Shown: one piece after another, positions 18,288 through 27,748 of the stretch
Layout of the letters: the number at the start of each line of letters is the position of its first letter
Numbering within the stretch: the stretch's first letter is position 1
Assembly: GCA_036649955.1 (NCBI GenBank)
Contig: JAVWAR010000002.1
Span: 1 to 33,310, forward strand
Reading direction: 5' to 3'
DNA from: Clostridia bacterium
Lineage (GTDB): Bacteria > Bacillota > Clostridia > Christensenellales > UBA1242
Length of the DNA stretch: 33,310 nt
Notes under the pieces: generated by a model
Databases searched by the model: none
What the model was told of the DNA's origin: nothing
What the model saw: only the letters and a program-made list of their open reading frames with translations
Made by a program: the position numbers and the translations under genes

Positions 18288-19244
18288 ATGAAAAAAATTG
18301 CAGTTCTTACAAGTGGTGGTGATGCTCCCGGCATGAATGCTTGCATTCGTGCAGTAGTTAGGTGTGCGATTGTTAAAGGCTATTCGGTTTATGGTGTAAT
18401 GCGGGGCTATGAGGGTCTTGTAACAGAACAAATTATAGAGTTAAACAATAGAAGTGTTGGGAATATTTTGCATACAGGTGGAACAATTCTTAAAACTTCG
18501 AGATGTACAGATTTTATGACAGAAGAAGGTTTTAAAAAGGCAATTTTGACGCTTAAAAAATACAAAATTGATTGCCTTGTTGTCCTTGGTGGGGATGGTA
18601 CTATTAGAGGCGCGCAATCTTTAAAAAATGCAGGAATAAATGTCATTTGCATTCCTGCAACTATTGATAATGACCTTTATTATACCGATTATACGATAGG
18701 CTTTGATACAGCAGTAACTACGATTGTTTCACTTATTAATAATGTTCGTGATACGTCAATTTCTCATGATAGAACCAGTGTTATAGAGGTTATGGGTGCG
18801 TCATGCGGGGATATTGCTCTTAGAAGTGGAGTTGCTTCTGGTGCGGAAGTTATTGTTGTTCCAGAAATGCCTTTTACTATTGACGGTGTTGCTTCTGCTA
18901 TTAATAATAGTATAAAAAAGGGCAAACTATCATCAATAGTGATTGTGAATGAGAAAGTTATTTCTGCGCCCGTTTTAGCGGCTGAACTTGCTTCGCGTGG
19001 AATTGAATCTCGTCCACTAGTGATTGGACATATTCAACGTGGTGGTTCGCCAAGTAACTTTGATAGGATACTTGCTAGTAGGTTTGGTGACGCCGCGATT
19101 AAACTTATTGATAAACAAGAATTTGGTATTGTAGTTGGCATTTTAAATGGTAAAATTATCAATGTAGATATTGAAAATGCATTTAAAAAAGTTAGAAAGT
19201 TTGACACTGAGTTATATAATCTTGCGCAAACCCTTTCTTTATAG
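18288..19244 (+). CDS. pfkA: ATP-dependent 6-phosphofructokinase
   Basis: MKKIAVLTSGGDAPGMNACIRAVVR, GGDGT, PATIDND, GHIQRGG motifs. Confidence 0.92.
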   Translation: MKKIAVLTSGGDAPGMNACIRAVVRCAIVKGYSVYGVMRGYEGLVTEQIIELNNRSVGNILHTGGTILKTSRCTDFMTEEGFKKAILTLKKYKIDCLVVLGGDGTIRGAQSLKNAGINVICIPATIDNDLYYTDYTIGFDTAVTTIVSLINNVRDTSISHDRTSVIEVMGASCGDIALRSGVASGAEVIVVPEMPFTIDGVASAINNSIKKGKLSSIVIVNEKVISAPVLAAELASRGIESRPLVIGHIQRGGSPSNFDRILASRFGDAAIKLIDKQEFGIVVGILNGKIINVDIENAFKKVRKFDTELYNLAQTLSL

Positions 19245-19272
19245 AATTAAAATAAAAAATCAAAAGCAAAGA

Positions 19273-19304
19273 AAACACTCCGCAAGGAGTGTTTATCTTT
19301 TTTT
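19273..19304. terminator. Bidirectional Rho-independent terminator between convergent pfkA and the ABC permease gene
   Basis: AAACACTCC (19273-19281) / GGAGTGTTT (19286-19294), loop GCAA. An A-rich tract lies upstream and T7 downstream, so a U tract follows the hairpin on both strands. Confidence 0.7.
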
Positions 19305-20108
19305 GTTAAGCAAATATTCAAGACTGGAAACAAGAAAATACATAAGGCTTGCAAGGACACAAATAACAAAGATACTCGCCATAACTTGGTCAAGGTCAAA
19401 GAATTGTCCACCATATACAATTAGGTAGCCAAGACCTGCTTTTGACGAAAGATATTCTCCCATAATGACACCCACCCAAGCCATACCTACGTTTATTTTA
19501 AGAACCGATATAAATTCAGGTAGTGTTGATGGAATTACAAGCATGTGCATTATTTGAAATCTATTTGCACCCATAGTTTGCATGAGTTTTATTTTATCTT
19601 GGTCAACTTTTAAATATCCTCCAAGCATTGAAAGAATTGTAATGATAATACATATAAGTATTCCCATTGTCACAACTGCTTTTGTGCCAGTACCTACCCA
19701 AACAAGGATAAGGGGACCTAAGGCAACTTTTGGTAAACTATTTAAAATAACTAGATAAGGGTCAAGAATTTTGCGGACAAATGGTAAAAGATATAATAAA
19801 AGTGCAACTGCAACACCTATTATTGTTGAAAGAGTAAATGACAATATACATTCGGTAAGTGTAACTCTTACATGTAAATAAATTTCATTCGATACAAATA
19901 AATCTTTTAGTTTAAAGAATATTCGTGAAGGTGAACTTGTTATGAAAGGGTCAACAATTCCTGCATTTGCGATAAACTCCCAAAGTATTAATAAAATAAT
20001 TAGTAGTGACCATCTGCCAATAGAAATATACAACCTATTAAGTTTTAAACTTCTTAAATATCTTTTATGGCTTATAGAGTAATTAAGAGTTCTTTTTGTT
20101 TTCTTCAT
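19293..20108 (-). CDS. ABC transporter permease (NitT/TauT, nitrate/sulfonate/bicarbonate-type family)
   Basis: Six predicted TM segments and an EAA-like loop (QTMGANRFQIMHMLVIPSTLPEF), in an operon with the ATPase and substrate-binding protein. Confidence 0.85.
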   Translation of the reverse strand: MKKTKRTLNYSISHKRYLRSLKLNRLYISIGRWSLLIILLILWEFIANAGIVDPFITSSPSRIFFKLKDLFVSNEIYLHVRVTLTECILSFTLSTIIGVAVALLLYLLPFVRKILDPYLVILNSLPKVALGPLILVWVGTGTKAVVTMGILICIIITILSMLGGYLKVDQDKIKLMQTMGANRFQIMHMLVIPSTLPEFISVLKINVGMAWVGVIMGEYLSSKAGLGYLIVYGGQFFDLDQVMASIFVICVLASLMYFLVSSLEYLLNKKR

Positions 20109-20862
20109 CTCTTAGTTCCTCCCATATTTCAGTGAAATATTTACCAAAACTTGGAAGTTCACGTCTTTGAAAGGGCGTTATATCTTTTGGCATGTCGACT
20201 TCTATTATTTTTTTAACTTTTGCTGGTCTATTTGTAAGTATAATTATTTTATCACTCATGCTTATTGCCTCAGCAATGTCATGAGTTACTAGAATTGCAG
20301 TTGTTTGTTCTTTTTTAATTATTTTATATACGTCATCTTGAACGTGCAATCTTGTTTGGTAATCCAAGGCTGAAAAAGGTTCGTCTAAAAGAAGTATCTT
20401 TGGACGAGTAGCAAGGGTTCTTATCAGTGCAACCCTTTGCCTCATTCCGCCTGATAACTGACTTGGAATATGCGTTTTAAATTCGCTAAGCCCGTATTTT
20501 TCAAGTAGTATATTAATATAATTAATGTTTTCGTTTGTTAATTTATGTTGAATTTTAAGTGGTAAAAGTACATTATTTTGTACATTTATCCAATCAAATA
20601 GATGGTCGCGTTGGAACATGTATCCAATTAAAGGGTCTGCTTTTGTTATGCTTTTTCCTCCAACAAATAATGTTCCGCTAGTAGGTTTTAGTAGCCCTGT
20701 GATTAGTGAAAGAATTGTTGTTTTTCCACAACCGCTTGGCCCGACAATGCAAACAAATTCACCCTCATATATGCTTAAATTTAAGTCCGATAGCGCAAGT
20801 GTTTCATTGTCTTTTGTATGATATGTAAGTTCAATATTATGCATTGATAATAATTCTTCCAT
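20083..20862 (-). CDS. ABC transporter ATP-binding protein (NitT/TauT family)
   Basis: Walker A GPSGCGKTT, signature LSGGMRQR, Walker B LLLDEPFSALD, H-loop VTHD. Confidence 0.9.
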   Translation of the reverse strand: MEELLSMHNIELTYHTKDNETLALSDLNLSIYEGEFVCIVGPSGCGKTTILSLITGLLKPTSGTLFVGGKSITKADPLIGYMFQRDHLFDWINVQNNVLLPLKIQHKLTNENINYINILLEKYGLSEFKTHIPSQLSGGMRQRVALIRTLATRPKILLLDEPFSALDYQTRLHVQDDVYKIIKKEQTTAILVTHDIAEAISMSDKIIILTNRPAKVKKIIEVDMPKDITPFQRRELPSFGKYFTEIWEELRDEENKKNS

Positions 20863-20880
20863 TTTGCTCCTTTCGGGCTT

Positions 20881-21849
20881 TTATGCAATGGAATAAGTTA
20901 CAACGTCTAAGAAATCTACATTTGTAACTGTTGTGCCTGAATTTTTTATAACTTCAAGCAATCTATTAAATGATGCCTCTGTCATCGCTGGTGAAGACAT
21001 CCACGCATCAATGCGTTTATAACTATTTACAGATGAAATAATAAGTTCTAATGAGGTTGTTGAAAATGATGCTTTTAAACCATTTGCAACTTCTTCACTT
21101 GAATGCGTTTGAATATAAGCATATGCTTTTTTGATTGCTCTTAAAAAGCCCTTTATTTTGTCTGGGTTATTATTTAGAAATTTTGGTGATGCCATAAAAC
21201 AAGTGTAAGGTATTTCACCGCTAACTTCACCTAGTGATGCAACAATATAACCATTGCCTTTTGCTTGATAATCACTGGCTGTTGGTTCAAACATTGTACA
21301 ATAATCACCCGTGCCACTTTTAAATGTAGGAACGACCATATCAAATGCTAAATCAAGATTTAAGGTTATGTTAGTTCCATTTTTCAGCCCGCGAGAATTT
21401 ACAATGTATTCAAGTGTCATTGCAGGTAATCCGCCTCTTCTGCCACCAATTACATACTTATTTTCAAGTTTTGACCAATCAAAGTTGGTTTCGTTAGTTC
21501 TACTTACAAGAAAAGAGCCATCACGTTTTGTAAGTTGTCCAAATATCATTGGGTGATTTGTGCTTCCTTGTGAAGTTACGTAGACCACTGTTTCTGGTCC
21601 AAGTAGTGCCATGTCAGAATTGCCGGATAATAGAGCAGCCATACTGCCATCACTTCCGCCGCCACTTGTAAGGTTGATTTTCATGCCTTCTTCTTCCATA
21701 AATCCAAGATTCATTGCAAGATAAAGTGGTGCATAGAAAATGCTGTGCGTAACTTCGTTCAGTCTGATTAAGTTTTTGTCGGTTTTACAACCTGCAAAAC
21801 ATACTGACGCTAAAACCACGCAAAGCATGATTGATATAATTTTTTTCAA
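20881..21849 (-). CDS. ABC transporter substrate-binding lipoprotein, NMT1/THI5-like
   Basis: TTG start after AAGGAGG. Signal peptide with lipobox VCFAGC. The core IRLNEVTHSIFYAPLYLAMNLGFMEEEGMKINL...ALLSGNSDMALLG resembles NMT1/THI5 (SsuA/ThiY-like) binding proteins. Confidence 0.8.
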   Translation of the reverse strand: MKKIISIMLCVVLASVCFAGCKTDKNLIRLNEVTHSIFYAPLYLAMNLGFMEEEGMKINLTSGGGSDGSMAALLSGNSDMALLGPETVVYVTSQGSTNHPMIFGQLTKRDGSFLVSRTNETNFDWSKLENKYVIGGRRGGLPAMTLEYIVNSRGLKNGTNITLNLDLAFDMVVPTFKSGTGDYCTMFEPTASDYQAKGNGYIVASLGEVSGEIPYTCFMASPKFLNNNPDKIKGFLRAIKKAYAYIQTHSSEEVANGLKASFSTTSLELIISSVNSYKRIDAWMSSPAMTEASFNRLLEVIKNSGTTVTNVDFLDVVTYSIA

Positions 21850-21909
21850 TTTATTTGCCTCCTTTTTTAGTTATTGTATTCTTTTTTGTTTTAAAGTGTG
21901 AAAAATTCC

Positions 21910-21939
21910 TTAACAAACCACTTTTAAATGTGTTATACT
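21910..21939 (+). promoter_or_regulatory. Putative promoter of the membrane-protein/valS operon
   Basis: TTAACA (21910-21915), 18-nt spacer, extended -10 TGtTATACT (21931-21939). Confidence 0.35.
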
Positions 21940-21961
21940 ATGCTAGTTACTTGGAGAAATT

Positions 21962-22537
21962 ATGGAGAGAAATAAGTTATCTTGTATACCTAGCCTTCTT
22001 ATTTCGCTTAGGCTTGCGATTGCTGTTGTCATGATAGTCCTAAGTTTTTTCTTTAAACCTGAAATAATAGGATATATTGCAATCATTGAAGTAAATTTGA
22101 ATTTTTTCACATTTTTTATAAATTTAAAAGTTAAAAGGTTGAATGCTGTTCAACTTGATGTTAATAATATTTCACAAATTGTTGTAAATATTGTCGTTTG
22201 TATTATTGTATGTTTACCAGAAATTTTACTTTACGTTGTGGGTGGCATTTTTATTTTATTTGAACTTTTTAGCATAGTTCTTACGCATGAACTTATTAAA
22301 ATTTCACCTAAAAGTGAATATAAAAACTGGCTTTCAATTACGTTACATGTTTTTTCTGAAATAATTTTAATTGTTGTAGTATTGACATCTTTTAATCAAC
22401 TTGCTGATAGAATTCTTGTTATTGTTGCAACGGTTTGTGTGGTTTTATGCAATATGGTAAAGGTGATTGCTTTGATTCGTGCGGCAAGAGAAGTTGATAA
22501 AAAAATTGGCACTGAAAATTTAGTTGAAAAGGAGTAG
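21962..22537 (+). CDS. Hypothetical polytopic membrane protein (191 aa)
   Basis: SD GGAG. About 5-6 hydrophobic helices. The N-terminus IPSLLISLRLAIAVVMIVL faintly resembles CDP-alcohol phosphatidyltransferases, but the D-G-x2-A-R catalytic motif is not evident. Confidence 0.5.
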   Translation: MERNKLSCIPSLLISLRLAIAVVMIVLSFFFKPEIIGYIAIIEVNLNFFTFFINLKVKRLNAVQLDVNNISQIVVNIVVCIIVCLPEILLYVVGGIFILFELFSIVLTHELIKISPKSEYKNWLSITLHVFSEIILIVVVLTSFNQLADRILVIVATVCVVLCNMVKVIALIRAAREVDKKIGTENLVEKE

Positions 22538-22543
22538 TTTTAA

Positions 22544-22735
22544 ATGAAATTGTTTTTTCAGATTTTGCTTATAATAGTTATTATTGTTGGTCTTATTATG
22601 ACAACGCTTGCAAATAAATTCTATCCCGAAAAAAAATATAAAGATTCCGCTATTAGAAATAAACGAGTCGTAAGATTACAATTAATTGGCATTATTTTTA
22701 TGGGTGTTTCGATACTAATTTTAATTATAATTTAA
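22544..22735 (+). CDS. Hypothetical small membrane protein (63 aa, 2 TM)
   Basis: Two hydrophobic helices flank a basic loop (KKYKDSAIRNKRVVR). Tightly packed between neighbours (6- and 12-nt gaps). Confidence 0.4.
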   Translation: MKLFFQILLIIVIIVGLIMTTLANKFYPEKKYKDSAIRNKRVVRLQLIGIIFMGVSILILIII

Positions 22736-22747
22736 AGAGGAAAAATC

Positions 22748-25351
22748 ATGAGTATAAAAAATAGTTATAATCCTACGGAATTTGAGAACGAAATTTATAA
22801 AGAGTGGGAAGACCACAAATTGTTTCATGCAGAAGTTGATAAAACTAAAAAACCATTTTGTATTATTATGCCTCCGCCTAATGTTACTTCAAAAGCACAC
22901 ATTGGACACGCAATGGACGACACTCTTCAAGATATTTTGATAAGATATAAAAGAATGGCTGGCTATTCTTCACTTTGGTTGCCTGGCGCTGACCATGCTG
23001 CTATTGCAACTGAGATAAAGATTGTTGAAAAACTTGCAAAAGAAGGCAAGACCAAAGAAATGCTTGGACGTGAAGCCTTTGATAAGGAAGCATGGAATTG
23101 GTACAATTTTTATGGTGATAAAATAATGTCACAATTTAAAAAAATGGGCTTTTCTGCTGATTGGGATAGGTATCGCTTTACCATGGACCAATCAAGTACG
23201 CGTGCTGTTTTGCAAGCATTTGTAAATCTTTATAACAAAGGTTATATTTATAAAGGTTCAAGGCTTACAAATTGGTGCACAAAATGTAAGAGTGTTATCA
23301 GTGATGACGAACTTGATTATTTTGATGAAAAAAGTCATATGTGGCATATTAGATATCCATTTGTTGATGGTTCTGGTTATATAGTTGTTGCAACAACTCG
23401 TCCAGAAACTCTATTTGGTGATACTGCTGTTGCTGTCAATCCTGATGATAAAAGATATAAAAAAATTGTTGGCAAAATGCTTTGTTTGCCACTTACGGAA
23501 AAGCAAATTCCAATTATTGCTGATAGTTATGTTGACCAAAGTTTTGGTACGGGTATGGTAAAGATTACGCCTGCCCACGACCCAAATGACTACGAAGTTG
23601 GCAAACGTCACAATCTTGAATTTATTTCAGTTATTAATAAAGATGGCACTTTAAATGAGTGCGCGGGAGAATTCGCAGGGCTTGATGCTTTGGATGCTCG
23701 CGATAAAGTTGTTTGTAAATTAAAAGAGTTAAAATTGCTTGATAAAATTGAAGAGCATACTCATAGTGTAGGGCATTGCGATAGATGCAAGCATGCGATT
23801 GAACCGCTTATTACGGAGCAATGGTTTGTAAAGATGTCTGAACTTGTTAAACCTGCTATTGAAGTAGTTAAAAATGGTGGGCTTAAAATTTACGCGAAAA
23901 AATTTGAAAAAAGTTATTTTCATTGGCTTAATAATATCAGAGATTGGTGTATTTCGCGTCAATTATGGACGGGGCATAGAATACCCATTTACTATTGCAA
24001 AAAATGTGGAGAAACGTTTACAAGTGTTGATAAACCATCATCTTGTCCAAAATGTAAAAGTACAGATTTCGTGCAAGACCCAGATGTTTTAGATACGTGG
24101 TTTAGTAGTGCTTTATGGCCATTTTCTACACTGGGCTGGCCCGATAAAACTCCTGAACTTGAATATTTTTATCCAACGACTGTGCTTGTCACAGGTTTTG
24201 ATATCTTAACTCAATGGGTAACTAAAATGGTCTATATGGGTTTTGAATGTTGTGGACAAACGCCATTTAAAAACACACTTATTCATGGTCTTGTTCGCGA
24301 TGAACAGGGAAGGAAAATGAGCAAGAGTTTAGGAAATGGTGTTGACCCGCTTGCTATCATTGATAAAGATGGCGCAGATGCACTTAGAATTGCGCTTATT
24401 AAAGACCTTGCTATGGGTATGGACACTAGATTTTCTATGCAAAAAGTGGATAACGCAAAAGCATTTATTAATAAAATTTGGAATGCTTCAAAGTTTGTTT
24501 CAATGCACAGCGAAAATATAGATATACTTGACATTAAAGACGTAAAACTTGATGATATATCTAAATGGATTTTATCAAGATTGAATGACACAATAAAAAC
24601 CGTTTCAACAAATTTGGATAAGTTTGATATAGGTCTTGCTCTTGCAAATGCCTACAACTTTGCTTGGGATGAATTTTGCGATTGGTACATTGAACTTGTT
24701 AAACCAGCAATATTTTTAGGTGGAGAATCTAAGCAAAATGCAGTTTCTGTTCTAAATTATGTTTTTGATAAAATTCTTAAACTTTTACACCCATTTATAC
24801 CATTTGTTACAGAATATATTTACAAGAATATGGAAACATTACCCAATAAAGATGATTATATAATGGTTGCTAAATTCCCTAAATTTAATAAAGCATATAG
24901 TTTCAAAGAAAGTTCTAAAAACATTTGTAATCTTATGGATACAATTCGTGCTATTCGAAATATTAGAACAAATCTTAATATGCCTGCTAACAAAAAGGCT
25001 AAGTTGTTTATTGTAAAAAATGAAAATTCACAAGAATATGAAAAATACATATCTAAACTTGCCCTTTGTGATAGTGAGATAGTGAGTGTTAAGCCAGAGT
25101 CTTTTGTCGTTCCATGTATTACTGCTATTGGAGAATTTTATGTTGAACAACAGGTTGAAAATGATTCCAGAGTTAAAGAAAAACTTTTGGAAGATATCAA
25201 AAAAATTGAATTTGAAATAGACAGAAGTACTAAAATGTTATCCAATAAGGGATTTACTGATAAAGCACCAAAACAACTTATTGACAAAGAAAAAGCAAAA
25301 ATTATTGAAAACGAGAAATTGCTGGCAACTTTAAAGTCAAAACTTAATTAA
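22748..25351 (+). CDS. valS: Valyl-tRNA synthetase
   Basis: PPPNVTSKAHIGHAMD (HIGH), KMSKSLGN (KMSKS), C-terminal coiled coil, 867 aa. SD AGAGGA. Confidence 0.95.
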   Translation: MSIKNSYNPTEFENEIYKEWEDHKLFHAEVDKTKKPFCIIMPPPNVTSKAHIGHAMDDTLQDILIRYKRMAGYSSLWLPGADHAAIATEIKIVEKLAKEGKTKEMLGREAFDKEAWNWYNFYGDKIMSQFKKMGFSADWDRYRFTMDQSSTRAVLQAFVNLYNKGYIYKGSRLTNWCTKCKSVISDDELDYFDEKSHMWHIRYPFVDGSGYIVVATTRPETLFGDTAVAVNPDDKRYKKIVGKMLCLPLTEKQIPIIADSYVDQSFGTGMVKITPAHDPNDYEVGKRHNLEFISVINKDGTLNECAGEFAGLDALDARDKVVCKLKELKLLDKIEEHTHSVGHCDRCKHAIEPLITEQWFVKMSELVKPAIEVVKNGGLKIYAKKFEKSYFHWLNNIRDWCISRQLWTGHRIPIYYCKKCGETFTSVDKPSSCPKCKSTDFVQDPDVLDTWFSSALWPFSTLGWPDKTPELEYFYPTTVLVTGFDILTQWVTKMVYMGFECCGQTPFKNTLIHGLVRDEQGRKMSKSLGNGVDPLAIIDKDGADALRIALIKDLAMGMDTRFSMQKVDNAKAFINKIWNASKFVSMHSENIDILDIKDVKLDDISKWILSRLNDTIKTVSTNLDKFDIGLALANAYNFAWDEFCDWYIELVKPAIFLGGESKQNAVSVLNYVFDKILKLLHPFIPFVTEYIYKNMETLPNKDDYIMVAKFPKFNKAYSFKESSKNICNLMDTIRAIRNIRTNLNMPANKKAKLFIVKNENSQEYEKYISKLALCDSEIVSVKPESFVVPCITAIGEFYVEQQVENDSRVKEKLLEDIKKIEFEIDRSTKMLSNKGFTDKAPKQLIDKEKAKIIENEKLLATLKSKLN

Positions 25352-25368
25352 ATATGTGGTGTTTATTA

Positions 25369-25392
25369 AAAGAGGCATTGTGCCTCTTTTTT
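25369..25392 (+). terminator. Rho-independent terminator after valS
   Basis: AGAGGCA (25371-25377) / TGCCTCT (25381-25387), then T6. Confidence 0.7.
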
Positions 25393-25410
25393 GTTTTCCT
25401 GTATTTGTTC

Positions 25411-25439
25411 TTGCACAAATAAAAATTATATAGTATACT
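25411..25439 (+). promoter_or_regulatory. Putative sigma-A promoter of the LtaS-like gene
   Basis: TTGCAC (25411-25416), 17-nt spacer, TATACT (25434-25439). Confidence 0.45.
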
Positions 25440-25454
25440 TTTAGCAGAGGGATT

Positions 25455-27656
25455 ATGAAACTATTGTTTCTCAAAAAAAGTTTAACTGCTTTGTTATATG
25501 TGTTTCTAGCATTTAGTATAGAAGCCTTTACGTTCCTAATGCTGGGCTGGGGCTTTTTTCCGCAATATATTTTGTTTGATATTGCAATGATACTATTCTT
25601 TGGCGGGCTTATTTTTTCTTGTAAAAGGTCAAGGTTATCCAATGCTATGATAAGTATTCTTGTTGTTATTCAAATAATTTTATCATACACAAATATTTGT
25701 ATATATAAAACTCTTAATGACACGTTTACGTTTAATATGTTCAGTTTAATTGGTGAAACTTTAAACGTTATAACATTTGATATGTTTCCTAAATTGCCAC
25801 TTCTGTTTTTTCTAGGAGTTATTGTTGCTATGGTTGCATCAATGTTTGCACTAAATAAAATTAGAATTTCTCCATCGCTTATGAATAGTGAAAATAAATT
25901 AACGCATAAATTTATCAGTATGATTATTCTTACTGCAACTTTCTGTATTTATTCAGTTCAGGGTGTTATTTTAAATACGCTTGATGACCAATGGAAATAT
26001 CTTGATGACTCTTCTCTTTACACCACGTTTTCTTCGAGTAAACTTGCACTTAAAAAATTTGGTAGTTTTGGGTTTTACTTTGAAGAATTTTTTAGATTTT
26101 TGTACAATCCTATAAATTCATCAAATCAAATTACCCGGGCGCAAGTTGAAGACTATCTTAAAAAAGAGAGTTATGACCCCACTAAAACCGAACTTTTTAA
26201 TATCTGTAAAGATTCAAACGTTATAACAATGCTTCTGGAATCTTTTGAGTGGTATGTTATTAATGAGGAATTGACACCAACTCTGTATGCGTTATCGCGA
26301 GGGTACGACTTTAAGTCGGGTGGTGAGTTTTATAATATTCAGAGTACAGATGGTAAAACCGTGTTTGTAAGGAACGCAAATTCAATCTCGGGCAGTAATC
26401 TTGACAAGAATGGTCTTGCCCTTGTAAACTATTATTCTAAGGCCAAAACGGACTATTCAGAAACTTCTGTACTCCTTGGTAACTACCCTTATGGTCAAAG
26501 TTTTACTACACGTGGTGGTATTTTTAGTTTTAGTTCGACTGGTCTATATTCGGATATTAATTATAACTTTACTTTACCGAATTTATTGAAAGATAGTTCG
26601 GCTGTTAGTACTTCAAAATATTTTCACTCTTATTTATCTACATTTTATGGTAGAACGCAACTTATGCCTCAATTTGGTTTTGATAGTACATTGTTTTTGG
26701 ATGGAATGAATGGTGTTCCAGTCACTCAGGATGGTTCTACTATTGTTTTATCGAAAGCAACTCTTGATAGTGCTGTTCTTGAAAGATATATAACTGATAT
26801 TTGTCCTATTAAGTACAATGCTAGTGGAGAACTGGAAAGATTTTATTCACACTATACAACAGTTACAACTCATGGTGATTTTGAAACTAAAAATGAATTA
26901 TTATCAGAAGAAATGTACAAAAAAGTGCTTGCATATTTTGGATATAGCAATATGCCTGCTACCGGTAGTGATGAATTTCAAAATATTCAATATTTCACAA
27001 AAGCGCTTGATACAGAATATATGATGAGTTACTTAATGCACTACTTACTAACGCCACATGGCACAAATGGAACAATATTATATGATGATACTTTGCTTGT
27101 ATTATTTTCGGATCATCAGTCTTATTATGGGCAAATGGATTTAAGAGAAAAAAGTAAATATTATTCTGGTCAAAGTAAATTTGCTAATTATTTTATTGAT
27201 AATTTTAGAGATAAAGAGGATGTATCAAATTTTTCACATTCACCACAACGTTATAATGTACCTGCGCTAATATATAGTCCTAAAATAAATTCTTCAACAA
27301 TTAAAAATTACAATCATAATATAACAAAGATGACGCAGGCTTTCGATTTGACGCCGACTATATTAACTCTTCTTGGCATTGACTTTAATCCAAACAAATA
27401 TATAGGGTATCCTGTAATGTGTAAAGTTGTAGATACGAGCACTGGCAATGTCAATGAACTTGGTACAAAAATATTTGTTAGTCATACAGGTGGTTTTTTC
27501 AATATGGAAGTTTTTAGTGATGATGGACTTATAGCACTTTACAATAAAAACAATTTATCACAAGATATAATTAAAAATGGTTTTTCTATTGATATTAATG
27601 CCCAGATTAAAAAATGGAAATATATTACAATGATTTATGAATATAACTTATTTTAA
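25455..27656 (+). CDS. LtaS-family sulfatase-fold enzyme (lipoteichoic acid synthase / phosphoglycerol transferase-like), N-terminal polytopic membrane domain
   Basis: About 5 N-terminal TM helices. The extracellular domain has ITMLLESFEW (the LtaS ESF motif), KAKTDYSE (matching the G-K-T-S-D-S-E catalytic Thr region) and LFSDHQ (the GDH-like metal site). Confidence 0.65.
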   Translation: MKLLFLKKSLTALLYVFLAFSIEAFTFLMLGWGFFPQYILFDIAMILFFGGLIFSCKRSRLSNAMISILVVIQIILSYTNICIYKTLNDTFTFNMFSLIGETLNVITFDMFPKLPLLFFLGVIVAMVASMFALNKIRISPSLMNSENKLTHKFISMIILTATFCIYSVQGVILNTLDDQWKYLDDSSLYTTFSSSKLALKKFGSFGFYFEEFFRFLYNPINSSNQITRAQVEDYLKKESYDPTKTELFNICKDSNVITMLLESFEWYVINEELTPTLYALSRGYDFKSGGEFYNIQSTDGKTVFVRNANSISGSNLDKNGLALVNYYSKAKTDYSETSVLLGNYPYGQSFTTRGGIFSFSSTGLYSDINYNFTLPNLLKDSSAVSTSKYFHSYLSTFYGRTQLMPQFGFDSTLFLDGMNGVPVTQDGSTIVLSKATLDSAVLERYITDICPIKYNASGELERFYSHYTTVTTHGDFETKNELLSEEMYKKVLAYFGYSNMPATGSDEFQNIQYFTKALDTEYMMSYLMHYLLTPHGTNGTILYDDTLLVLFSDHQSYYGQMDLREKSKYYSGQSKFANYFIDNFRDKEDVSNFSHSPQRYNVPALIYSPKINSSTIKNYNHNITKMTQAFDLTPTILTLLGIDFNPNKYIGYPVMCKVVDTSTGNVNELGTKIFVSHTGGFFNMEVFSDDGLIALYNKNNLSQDIIKNGFSIDINAQIKKWKYITMIYEYNLF

Positions 27657-27699
27657 CAAATGTATAGATAATGCTACATGATAATAGATTTTAAATCAA

Positions 27700-27728
27700 A
27701 AACCGCTCAATTCGAGCGGTTTTATTTT
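27700..27728 (+). terminator. Rho-independent terminator after the LtaS-like gene
   Basis: AAACCGCTC (27700-27708) / GAGCGGTTT (27714-27722), then ATTTT. Confidence 0.7.
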
Positions 27729-27741
27729 GCAGTCTTACAAA

Positions 27742-27748
27742 TTCGACA
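27742..27748. promoter_or_regulatory. Consensus Spo0A-binding site (0A box, TTCGACA = complement of TGTCGAA) upstream of spo0A
   Basis: Exact 7-mer, 111 nt upstream of the spo0A ATG. Confidence 0.4.

Noticed and set aside
19171-19428. 85-aa plus-strand ORF overlapping the pfkA 3' end and running through the bidirectional terminator into the permease gene.
   Set aside because: It is out of frame with pfkA, runs through a strong hairpin, and is antisense to the permease, so it is a spurious ORF.
21850-21961. Possible TPP (THI-box) riboswitch upstream of the NMT1/THI5-like transporter, or a T-box upstream of the valS operon, in the divergent intergenic region.
   Set aside because: The region is only ~110 nt shared by two divergent promoters. 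It lacks the conserved riboswitch cores (CTGAGA...ACCTGA, or the T-box AGAGA/GGTGGTACCGCG elements) and has no terminator/antiterminator pair.
25337-25642. 101-aa minus-strand ORF across the valS terminator, a promoter and the 5' end of the LtaS-like gene.
   Set aside because: It crosses a terminator hairpin and a promoter, overlaps the TM-rich N-terminus of a supported gene, and shows no SD or homology.
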